From Candidatus Poribacteria bacterium (lineage in GTDB: Bacteria > Poribacteria > WGA-4E > PCPOR2b): 64,000 bases of DNA. Where the stretch lies: assembly GCA_965198175.1 (NCBI GenBank), contig OZ240245.1, positions 4,640,001 to 4,704,000 of the forward strand, in the 5' to 3' direction. Position 1 is the stretch's first letter. Every line of letters begins with the position of its first letter. The translations under genes were made by a program, and so were the position numbers. The notes beneath the pieces were generated by a model. It was not told the origin of the DNA, ran no database searches, and saw only the letters and a list, made by a program, of their open reading frames with translations. Of the stretch, positions 29,575 through 37,914 are shown piece after piece.

Positions 29575-31211
29575 TGTAGCCCTCCTCCCTTTAGCCCAAG
29601 CTGGATTAGCAGATCTTCCAACGTCCTGTCCCCTTTTTCGCGAGCGATCTGTGCTTCCGTTAGGTCCGCCAGAATCTCATGGATGGGACGATGTTCAACC
29701 ACATCGCTCACATCTACAAACTGGGAGGGACTCAGGTTATAATCGGTTTTTCGGGCATCCTCCAGCGTGATAACATTGCTCAGTTTCTCGCGGGATTCCC
29801 ACGCCCGATAAATTTCTGACGTTGCGTCAATCCCCTCATCGGTCAGGACGTTTTTCGGTTTCTGTTTCTCGAAATATTTGGAAAGGTTAATGAGCAAGAT
29901 TTGTTCTTTGCGCTCCTCTGGTTTGCGACGGTTCAGCAGCAATATGATGCCCGGTGCAGGGGTGTTGTAGAATAGGTTTTCGGGCAAGAGGATGACGCCT
30001 TCAATTAGGTCGTTCTCGACGAACGCTTTCCGGATGTCTCGCTCTCGACTGGTCTGCTTACTGCCGGAGCCGCGAGACACGGCACCGGTATCCAGTACGA
30101 TTGCCGCGCGTCCGGTCTCTTTCAGAGAGGCGGACATGTGCTGTACCCATGCCCAATCTGCGTAGGAACTCGGTGGCACCCCATAGACGAATCGACTCCA
30201 CCGGTCATTAGCGTAGAAGGTATCATTATACCCGTCTTGATTCCACATCGGATTGGCAAGCACGTAGTCGAAGCGTTGCAGCGCCGAATCATCCGTAACA
30301 AAGCCCGGGCTGCGGAAGGTGTCGCCAATACGCAAATCCGCACCGATAAAGTCGTGCAGAAAGGCGTTCATCTTCGCCATGGCGTAGGTGGTGGCGGTCA
30401 ATTCCTGCCCATAGATTCTTGGTGCTGCACCCTTTTCATCCGGGTGCGTCATCTCAAACAGCAGACGGGCTTTTATCAGTAGCCCGCCGGAACCGCACGC
30501 CGGGTCGTAAATCGCGGTGTACGGTTCAGGGTTAATGAGGTGCGCCATTAACCACCCGACCTCTTTCGGCGTGTAGAACTCACCCGCGCTCTGTCCCTGT
30601 CCCTCTGCAAATTTACGCAATAGATACTCGTAAGCACGCCCTAGGATATCCGGCTCCGTGTTTTTAAGTCCAAGCCGATGCCGACTTATGACCTCAATCA
30701 GTGCTTCTAGTCGCTCATCGTCAAGGGTTCGCTGTCCGCTCTGTTGCTCGTTGAAGTCCTTTACATCCAGAACACCCTGCAACGGTGGATTAAGACGGGC
30801 AACATCGCGCATCGCTTCGGTGACAAACTCGCCCAACCGACCATCTGCCGAGTGATTGCGAAGCGCTTCCCAACTATACCGCTGAGGAATATAAAAACGA
30901 ACAATCGGGTTGCGTCCGCTTTTGAGTGCGTCTTGATGGTCGGCGTCAATGATTTCACGCGCCGCGTCTTCACCCCCAAATTCCTCGACCTGTTTCGCAA
31001 ATTCGTCGTCAAACACGTCGGAGAGCCGCTTGTAGAAAATCAGGGGTAGGATAAAATCCTTGAATTTTGGGGCATCGTTCGCCCCTCGAATTGTATTGGC
31101 AGCCTCCAATAGCCACGTTTCGAGGGTAGAGATGTCCAACTGTTTCTGATCTGAGGAGGGAAACGGAATTGTGGTTTGCGGAGCTTTAGCGGCGGTGTTA
31201 TTTTTTGGCAA
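29571..31211 (-). CDS. hsdM: type I R-M methyltransferase subunit M
   Basis: GRAYEYLL, GEFYTP, YDPACGSGG, motif IV NPMW, LPENLFYNT. Confidence 0.95.
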   Translation of the reverse strand: MPKNNTAAKAPQTTIPFPSSDQKQLDISTLETWLLEAANTIRGANDAPKFKDFILPLIFYKRLSDVFDDEFAKQVEEFGGEDAAREIIDADHQDALKSGRNPIVRFYIPQRYSWEALRNHSADGRLGEFVTEAMRDVARLNPPLQGVLDVKDFNEQQSGQRTLDDERLEALIEVISRHRLGLKNTEPDILGRAYEYLLRKFAEGQGQSAGEFYTPKEVGWLMAHLINPEPYTAIYDPACGSGGLLIKARLLFEMTHPDEKGAAPRIYGQELTATTYAMAKMNAFLHDFIGADLRIGDTFRSPGFVTDDSALQRFDYVLANPMWNQDGYNDTFYANDRWSRFVYGVPPSSYADWAWVQHMSASLKETGRAAIVLDTGAVSRGSGSKQTSRERDIRKAFVENDLIEGVILLPENLFYNTPAPGIILLLNRRKPEERKEQILLINLSKYFEKQKPKNVLTDEGIDATSEIYRAWESREKLSNVITLEDARKTDYNLSPSQFVDVSDVVEHRPIHEILADLTEAQIAREKGDRTLEDLLIQLGLKGGGLQ

Positions 31212-31265
31212 TGGTTTTTCTCCTAGTGGAGGGATATCAGCGGAAATGGATTTCCTTTCCTTCGC

Positions 31266-32123
31266 TCATGATTCATCGGAACTATCTCCAGACGCATCTT
31301 CAGGAACCGTATCGTTCGATTTCCGAAACTGATGAATCAATAGCCACACACCTAACGCTGCTAATACAATGCCAACGAAGTCAAACCAGTACGGTTGGAA
31401 TTCCACCTTTCCGAATTCGCCCGTGAAGCCCGGTATCTCTAATCGAAAACCTACCGTAACGATTAATGGTAATGCATTGACGAGAGCATGGCCAAAAAGA
31501 CAAGGGAGAATCGAGCGCGTCTGTATAAACCACCATGCGAATAGAATTCCCCATGTAGTGGCACCGATGAACTGCCAAGGATTCAGGTGAATCAATCCGA
31601 AAAATACGGCAGAAGCAAGGATAGCTTTTCGCGCAGTATAATGACTCAAAAATCCGCGTAGTATCAATCCTCGCACCAATAGTTCTTCGGTCAATGGAGC
31701 AATCACTACGAGTAGTACAACTGAACCCCAAAGGCTTTCTTGGGCACCCACAAGACTCTCAAGTAAGTTCGTGAATAATGCGGGCGGGGGCAGAAAGACT
31801 CGTAGCAAGTTATCAATTTCAGAGAGTAGGATAGAGGTACCAATCACGGTGAGAACCATAGGGAAAAACAGCGACAGTCGTACCCGCACGAGCGGACATA
31901 TTTCTCTCAGCGAAGCATTGCCTCGTTTTAGCCCTATCGCCAAAATTAGCCCGAAGGCAACGAGGTTCAATAATGCAAGGACAGCGGGGTGCTGTGACAG
32001 TGGAACGTCTATAGCAAACTCAAGAATTCCAAAAATGATACCTATCCCAATGGTTAGAATGATGAGCAATACCAGAAGCCAGATAGATTGGCGAATATTG
32101 GGGTAAAGGTAGTTTTCGGTCAT
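31266..32123 (-). CDS. CPBP/Abi-family intramembrane glutamic endopeptidase
   Basis: Multi-TM; APLTEELLVRG, FFGLIH, GHALVN. Confidence 0.88.
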   Translation of the reverse strand: MTENYLYPNIRQSIWLLVLLIILTIGIGIIFGILEFAIDVPLSQHPAVLALLNLVAFGLILAIGLKRGNASLREICPLVRVRLSLFFPMVLTVIGTSILLSEIDNLLRVFLPPPALFTNLLESLVGAQESLWGSVVLLVVIAPLTEELLVRGLILRGFLSHYTARKAILASAVFFGLIHLNPWQFIGATTWGILFAWWFIQTRSILPCLFGHALVNALPLIVTVGFRLEIPGFTGEFGKVEFQPYWFDFVGIVLAALGVWLLIHQFRKSNDTVPEDASGDSSDES

Positions 32124-32310
32124 GTCAACCTCCGATTTGCGATACACCTGAACTTTTCGATAGGCGCGATATTACAAAACGTCACATATTTTAACGACTT
32201 CGCTCGCTGAAGAAGCGTGTCTTTCCCACAGTCTACGGCGAGAAGCCAAGCAGGGTCTAGTTTTCGGCGTTTTTTGACGATGTCTCTAACCGACGATTTT
32301 GACAATTTCG

Positions 32311-32372
32311 ATGTCACAAAATGTCACAGAATATCACACCAACCTCACATTAGCTGTGATATTTTGTGACAT
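32311..32372. promoter_or_regulatory. ATGTCAC direct/inverted repeat cluster (operator-like)
   Basis: ATGTCACAAA ATGTCACAGA ATATCACA (10-bp period) plus inverted TGTGATATTTTGTGACAT. Confidence 0.5.
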
Positions 32373-32391
32373 TGACAAGCTTAACACAGCA

Positions 32392-32712
32392 TCAAATATA
32401 AGTAACATTGATGGTTTCCTGTGTATCGTGACTTGACTTCGGGCTAACTCGGATTTCAACTTGATGATTGAGTTTGCCCAGCAGAGAAAACAGATGGTCA
32501 ATGGTAAAGCCTTTTAATCGACCGTTTCTCAGCCCTGTCATTTTATATCGACTCAGTCCCAAAAAATCCGCAGCTTTCTTTTGAGTCATCCCTTGATCGG
32601 CAATCAAGCGGTTGATTTTATATGCTAATTTCGCTTTTGCCAATCTTTCATCGGGATTGGGAAGCTCCAAATCCTTAAAGACGTTTCCCGAACTGCGAGT
32701 ATAGTCTGCCAT
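32392..32712 (-). CDS. XRE/HTH_37 antitoxin (HigA-like)
   Basis: SSGNVFKDL, GMTQKKAADFLG, FTIDHL. Confidence 0.85.
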   Translation of the reverse strand: MADYTRSSGNVFKDLELPNPDERLAKAKLAYKINRLIADQGMTQKKAADFLGLSRYKMTGLRNGRLKGFTIDHLFSLLGKLNHQVEIRVSPKSSHDTQETINVTYI

Positions 32713-32715
32713 GAG

Positions 32716-33081
32716 CTACCTTCCTTTCGCTAAGTCTCGAGCCATTTTCAGGCGGCGCCTGATGCGATTGATTTCTTCTTTGGGCGTTCCACTACCCCTT
32801 TTGGATTTCTTTTGAAAAGTGTGTAGCACGTAAATCGTATCACCGATTTTAGTAGTGTATACCGCTCGATAGGTATCGCTAGCGTAATCACTTCGGATTT
32901 CCATGACACCCGGAAATCCTTGTAAAGGTTTGGCTTTGGGATGTTTGTCCCGAATCTGTGCGACATACAGTGCGTAGCCTATTTCGTCTTGAACATCCGG
33001 GGGAAATTCCTTTAGATCCTCGTGTGATGAACCAATCCAAACTATCGGTTTTAACCCGCGTTGCAGTTTGGTCTCTCTCAT
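32716..33081 (-). CDS. RelE/ParE-superfamily toxin (phage Gp49/DUF891-like)
   Basis: WIGSSHEDLKEFP, GVMEIR, YRAVY, IYVLHTFQKKS; toxin-first pair. Confidence 0.85.
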   Translation of the reverse strand: MRETKLQRGLKPIVWIGSSHEDLKEFPPDVQDEIGYALYVAQIRDKHPKAKPLQGFPGVMEIRSDYASDTYRAVYTTKIGDTIYVLHTFQKKSKRGSGTPKEEINRIRRRLKMARDLAKGR

Positions 33082-33089
33082 AACGAATC

Positions 33090-33203
33090 CTATGCAAATA
33101 AATCTCCAACCCCGAACCCAGGCACCACATCAACACCCTGTGTTCGTAAATACAGAACGACGGGGACTGCGATGTTTATGTCAGTGACAAGCGGGAGTAG
33201 CAT
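33090..33203 (-). pseudogene. truncated DUF5615/PIN-like toxin remnant
   Basis: MLLPLVTDINIAVPVVLYLRTQGVDVV then divergence and stop after 37 aa; starts 2 nt after the DUF433 stop. Confidence 0.6.
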
Positions 33204-33205
33204 CG

Positions 33206-33445
33206 TTAAACCCCGTCCCGGGTGATTGGGAGATCGATTATCACCTCATTACGAAGTGCCCGCGAAGCATATGCGAGCACCAATTGGAGGTTTTCTTCAT
33301 TCAACTCAGGGTAGGCATCGAAAATCTCTGCGTGGGACATACCGCTTGCGAGCAATCCTAACACATGCTCTACACTAAGGCGAGTGCCTTCGATAATCGG
33401 TTTCCCACCCAGAATTTCTGGATTTACGACAATTTGACTCACCAT
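33206..33445 (-). CDS. DUF433 putative antitoxin
   Basis: VNPEILGGKPIIEGTRLSVEHVL...YPEL. Confidence 0.9.
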   Translation of the reverse strand: MVSQIVVNPEILGGKPIIEGTRLSVEHVLGLLASGMSHAEIFDAYPELNEENLQLVLAYASRALRNEVIIDLPITRDGV

Positions 33446-33615
33446 TGCACCTCTCTTAATATGCGTAAGAATTCATCTTAATCTTTCGCGTACGCTCGAA
33501 TATGAAGGCTGGACAGTTGGGGCAGGCTTAACGGTTTTCGATCGACCCGATCCAATCGGTAAAGACGAGAGAATCCCCGACATTTTCACAATTCAGAGCG
33601 ATTAAACTTTCCGCC

Positions 33616-33975
33616 TTACGAGATGGAAGTTAAATCAACCTCAAGCGCTGTGGCGATTGTCTTCAAGGTTTTGATAGATCCGGACTTCCGCCCGGTTTCA
33701 ATCTCCGCTAAATATGCGCGCTGAATCCCGCATTTATCCGCGAGTTGCTGCTGCGTGAGTCCCCGATAGTCTCTATACACTCGTATCGGACTCTCCTTAT
33801 TGAGAATCAGCCGGTTAATCACTTCACTAGGGTAGGTTTCCTCGTCGGTGGCTTTTGCCTCACGGAACTCGCGAATGTCTCTTAGCATCTCCGCATCTTC
33901 TAAAAGCTGATTGTACTGTTCTCTCGGTACAAGGACATATTCCTCACCTTGTCTTTCGACGGTTTCAATGTTCAT
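33616..33975 (-). CDS. XRE-family HTH protein (antitoxin-like)
   Basis: EEYVLVPREQY, SPIRVYRDYRGLTQQQLA, YLAEIETG. Confidence 0.85.
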   Translation of the reverse strand: MNIETVERQGEEYVLVPREQYNQLLEDAEMLRDIREFREAKATDEETYPSEVINRLILNKESPIRVYRDYRGLTQQQLADKCGIQRAYLAEIETGRKSGSIKTLKTIATALEVDLTSIS

Positions 33976-34020
33976 CGGGACATGCCTCCTCAATATTGCA
34001 CATGACACATGTTTTCGTAA

Positions 34021-34049
34021 ATTGTAGCTTCAAGCGACATAAATGTCAA
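34021..34049 (-). promoter_or_regulatory. sigma70 promoter for the XRE gene
   Basis: TTGACA-17nt-TACAAT. Confidence 0.7.
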
Positions 34050-34145
34050 GTATCCGTTTTGCCAATTGATGAACTGACAATTGGGCATGCGTCTGGACGG
34101 GATTTGAGGCGGGTAGTCGAGCGGGAAGAGCGGGCAATGGGTAGG

Positions 34146-34179
34146 AGAAACCGAGTTTTTTCGGTAAAACTCGGTTTCT
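34146..34179. repeat. 14-bp perfect inverted repeat
   Basis: AGAAACCGAGTTTT-TTCGGT-AAAACTCGGTTTCT. Confidence 0.7.
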
Positions 34180-34205
34180 TTGCGTGTTGTTGTGGGGCGT
34201 TGATA

Positions 34206-34236
34206 CCCCCTCTAACTCCCCCTTGGAAAGGGGGAG
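34206..34236 (+). repeat. palindromic repeat, copy 2
   Basis: CCCCCTCTAACTCCCCCTTGGAAAGGGGGAG. Confidence 0.7.
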
Positions 34237-34444
34237 AATTTTTTGGGAATCGGGGCTTTGCACACCAACATCGCTGACTAAGGCAAGGATTTGAGTGGTG
34301 GGACGATTGGGACAGCTCTTGTAGGTTGGCAACTTTGTAGGGTAGGCGACGATAATCGATCAATCCTATGTTTCAAGACAAAGGGAAGAGCAACCAATAA
34401 AATCGGAAGCAAAATCAAAATTGATCGTTTCCACAATCGGTTCT

Positions 34445-35122
34445 TTACTGTCCCCATGAGTTCTTAATTCTTCCCCACGTGGTCGTCAGCTTTTCTCGTG
34501 CTGTTACTGACTGACTTGGAATCTCCAACCGAATGTAGTCAATCTCAATCTCAGATGTAGGGCGGAATGCAGATAACAATACGCTACCCGGAGGCGTGTC
34601 AAGATCGATAAAGGACAAAAGTTGCTGACCGTCTAAAGAAAACGTGAATTTATCGTTCACTGTGTTAATTTCCAAAAGATACCACTTTCTTCTCAAGAAA
34701 TCCTGCTTAACTTTACCTCGCTGAATGGGCGGCTCGTCCTCATTTAACTCCGGTATATGCGTCAGCGCCAATATCTGTTGTTCGTTCGGAAAAATCATAA
34801 ATAATTGTGATGCCAATATTTCGAATCGTCCCTTATGCGCTCGCACCCTAAAATCAAAGCTACTACGTTCTTCCCAGTCAATCATTCGAAACTTAAGTTT
34901 AAGGGTGTAGTTGGTCCAATTCTCCGAACCCCGAACAATAATTTTGATTGATGCATGCTGTGCGTTTTTGCCCAATCTCACTTTACCGCGTAAAAATTGA
35001 ACGCCGTCATCGGTTCTACGCCATTTGTTCAGTGAGTGTAGGCGGTCTTTGAAATCATCAAAGAATAGAACGGGATTTTGAACATACACAGCACTCAAGA
35101 GAAAAACGGAAAACCACCACAT
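34445..35122 (-). CDS. secreted jelly-roll-like hypothetical protein with TTWGxIK tail
   Basis: AGGAGG SD, hydrophobic N-terminus, FFDDF, WTNYTLKLK, IEIDYIRL, ending SVTAREKLTTTWGRIKNSWGQ. Confidence 0.7.
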   Translation of the reverse strand: MWWFSVFLLSAVYVQNPVLFFDDFKDRLHSLNKWRRTDDGVQFLRGKVRLGKNAQHASIKIIVRGSENWTNYTLKLKFRMIDWEERSSFDFRVRAHKGRFEILASQLFMIFPNEQQILALTHIPELNEDEPPIQRGKVKQDFLRRKWYLLEINTVNDKFTFSLDGQQLLSFIDLDTPPGSVLLSAFRPTSEIEIDYIRLEIPSQSVTAREKLTTTWGRIKNSWGQ

Positions 35123-35225
35123 TTTTAAACACCTCCTAAACTACAACAAAGATTCTACCCTTCAACAACGCTGGCAAATTGTTGCATCACTTCCGAGCAT
35201 TGATTGTGTTGGATACTTGTTACCC

Positions 35226-35475
35226 TGTAGCGATACCCAACGATCTAGCGACCGAACAGGCAACGCGATAGCTCTTTAGAGAAATTTCGGCGACAGTCTT
35301 GGCCAACAGAACTATCGCCCTCGCTATTCACTCGGTTGATCCTTCGCTATCCGCTCAGTTGATCGTATGGGTTTCGCTACGCGTGAACCTCCACCAAACA
35401 TCATTCGAATTCTGGAGCCGTAACCTGCTACTGGCGCCGTTATGGAAAATTCCGCTCTACCCAACCTACAAGAAC
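35226..35475. repeat. REP/REPIN-like element
   Basis: GTAGCGATACCCAACGATC ... GATCGTATGGGTTTCGCTAC inverted pair, and GCTCTACCCAACCTACAAGAACT. Confidence 0.65.
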
Positions 35476-35541
35476 TGTCACGCTCGCAGCAATCTAGATT
35501 AATACTAGTCTGACACTTCACCGTGTATTGAACGGTTGCAG

Positions 35542-36327
35542 TCAGTTCTGCGCTTTCAGCTTTCCCCACATCGTCGTTACTCGTTCTGCCAATGGATTCA
35601 CTCCTAAAAAGCCAGGTCCTCCATTCGGCACATCGGGGCCCGTCACGGTAAAATCATCTAACCAGATGGTACACCTTCCGTTAAAGATCAGCTCAATTCT
35701 ACCCATAGGCACTGAATCATCTTCTGCGAATAAAACAACATCGCCCATTGAAAACGTGTATTGGTTTCCTTCGCGTGCAATCCGCAACGTGTACCATACC
35801 TTTTCTTCGTATGCAAAGCTGTCTATTGCAGCGGTCTGTGCGATCCAGCCTTGCCCTAATTCTGGATGCTCTTTCAGCACCCCCCACTCGTAGCGATCAA
35901 TTGTAACAACTAAAACTTTGGGATTCTCAAAATCGGGATACCACAAAAAGGTCATAAGCCCGTCCAAACCCCACGTTTCTTCGTTCACTAATTGATATTG
36001 AATAAACCAAGAACTCTCCCGTGGGACTCGGATGTTTCTAACCATAAACTTCAACTCGAGCGAAAAATCTTGGATTTTCCCTAATCCCCTATTCGTCATA
36101 TTATAAAGTGCATGTTGTTTCTTTCCTCTAAAATAAAGGTGTCCGCCAACAACACCTAGGCTAACCTCGTCATTTATTACTATACCCCCTCCCAGACCGC
36201 GAAACCCCCAATCTCGAAGGTTTCGGTCACTGAAATCGTCAATCCAAGTACCGGCGATACACATTCGCACAAACACAACGATGATTCCCGAGAGAACAAC
36301 CATGAATCGGAAAGTTTTGATTGGCAT
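35542..36327 (-). CDS. secreted jelly-roll-like hypothetical protein with TTxWGKLK tail
   Basis: Signal-like leader, GTWIDDFSD, WYTLRI, WLDDFTVTGPDVPNGGPG, ending GVNPLAERVTTMWGKLKAQN. Confidence 0.72.
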   Translation of the reverse strand: MPIKTFRFMVVLSGIIVVFVRMCIAGTWIDDFSDRNLRDWGFRGLGGGIVINDEVSLGVVGGHLYFRGKKQHALYNMTNRGLGKIQDFSLELKFMVRNIRVPRESSWFIQYQLVNEETWGLDGLMTFLWYPDFENPKVLVVTIDRYEWGVLKEHPELGQGWIAQTAAIDSFAYEEKVWYTLRIAREGNQYTFSMGDVVLFAEDDSVPMGRIELIFNGRCTIWLDDFTVTGPDVPNGGPGFLGVNPLAERVTTMWGKLKAQN

Positions 36328-36684
36328 TGTATTTCAACTCCTATCGAATAGATTACGATTTCGTCTGTGTCATTGTTCAGGCTGTATTCACGCTAGAATC
36401 CATTAAATCCGCGAATCGGACTGCAATTAAAATCCCCCGTGTTAGTTAATAGACGCCGCCCATAACCTAATTATTACATCGGAATATCTTTTTTCAACAA
36501 GGACAGACACAACCGCTTTGGGCGACTCCTATGTCTGAATCTGGATTGACAGGATTTTCGGATTTGCAAGATGTGTCATCGTCTCACACGGAAATTGCGC
36601 AAATTGGTGCGGCACCGATGAAAACGTTGGGGAGCAGGGTAAGAATCTACGTATACAGCGTAGGTTGCCACAAGCCGTGCCGTA

Positions 36685-36820
36685 TATAGTAAAATCAATA
36701 GTTAATTATACACTGCGGTAGGTTCGGTTTCCTAACCGAACCGGTATTTATCCAGTCCATAGGTGCGGTTGGAAACCGCACCTACCGAAACATGTGTAAA
36801 TATGAATGGAATTGACTATA
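36685..36820. mobile_element. 136-bp MITE/REPIN-like element
   Basis: TATAGT...ACTATA ends with extended imperfect IR; two inverted GTAG hairpins CGGTAGGTTCGGTTTCCTAACCGAACC and GGTGCGGTTGGAAACCGCACCTACCG. Confidence 0.6.
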
Positions 36821-36894
36821 GAAAAGAAATAGGCGTCGTTTCTTTCTTTTGGTAAATCGGGGGACATTTGGGATAGGCAGCGGGCGCATCAACT

Positions 36895-37914
36895 TTATTC
36901 CTCTATCTCTACTACAACTGTTTTTGCTGCGGTTGCGCCGAAAGCGCCCATCACGGGTTTACCGTCTTGATCCCGGAGGTTTGACCTTTGCGCGTCGTTC
37001 AGCGGCAATGCTGAAAAGATGTAACGCCCGTATTCCGGGCTGAGCGCTTCAACGGTGATTGACAAGATTTTGCCGGCATTTGCTTCTCGGTTAACAAAAA
37101 AGTTCTCTATGCCGATAGAGACACCATGCTTTTCTGTCAAATCTTTATCCCTGGATGATGAGTACGAACTGACGGATTCGACGAATTGTTCAATCTCAAG
37201 ACTTCGACCAAGTAGTTCAACAACCGTAGCAACGGTAACGAAATATGAAGTCACATCAAAATCAGAACGCCAATAGATTGCATTTTCCTCATCGCTCTTC
37301 AGTGTTATGCGGTCGTCGTCAATGATTGAGAGCGTATCTATATTGATAAATTCAACTGGCGGATAGACCGTCGTCACGCCGGTTATCGTCTGATCGAACG
37401 CTTTGGAATAGATTTCTAAACGATATTGAGCATAGAGTTCCACTTGAAAACGGTCTGATTTTGGCTTGTAGCCCCCATCGCCAAATACCCTTCTTTCACC
37501 TACGCGTTCGGCGTCTTCATAAAATTCCCGATAGAACAACTCCTCCGCCACCGTAACATATTGAAATTCGTATTCCTCGCCTGAATTCAAGTTCGTCACT
37601 GTCACGGTAGCTGTCGTATCCTGAATTAGCGGGAGCGTCTCATCATATTCATCAATTTCACCGTCTCCGTCATCATCAATTCCATCGAATACATCAGATT
37701 CTGTAACCGCCTCGGTTCTGATAATCCGGACGATAGAATCATTCGGAGTATCATGGTCAAGCAGCCCCTCAACTTTTAACTCGGGTTGGTAATTTCCGAA
37801 ATCATCTCTGAAATCGGCAACATCTAACTCTCGTTCACATGAGAGAAACATCATTACCAAAAGCATCACGAGAGAAAATCTTAGTATACGCACTGTTTCG
37901 CTCCTAGAACTCAA
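36895..37914 (-). CDS. lipoprotein partner of TonB receptor (DUF4249-like)
   Basis: FLSC lipobox, LKVEGLL, ends SNL...GAFGA; overlaps the receptor stop. Confidence 0.7.
   Translation of the reverse strand: MSSRSETVRILRFSLVMLLVMMFLSCERELDVADFRDDFGNYQPELKVEGLLDHDTPNDSIVRIIRTEAVTESDVFDGIDDDGDGEIDEYDETLPLIQDTTATVTVTNLNSGEEYEFQYVTVAEELFYREFYEDAERVGERRVFGDGGYKPKSDRFQVELYAQYRLEIYSKAFDQTITGVTTVYPPVEFINIDTLSIIDDDRITLKSDEENAIYWRSDFDVTSYFVTVATVVELLGRSLEIEQFVESVSSYSSSRDKDLTEKHGVSIGIENFFVNREANAGKILSITVEALSPEYGRYIFSALPLNDAQRSNLRDQDGKPVMGAFGATAAKTVVVEIEE

Noticed and set aside
34030..34363. Two ~100-aa ORFs
   Set aside because: Translations of palindromic repeats and a promoter region
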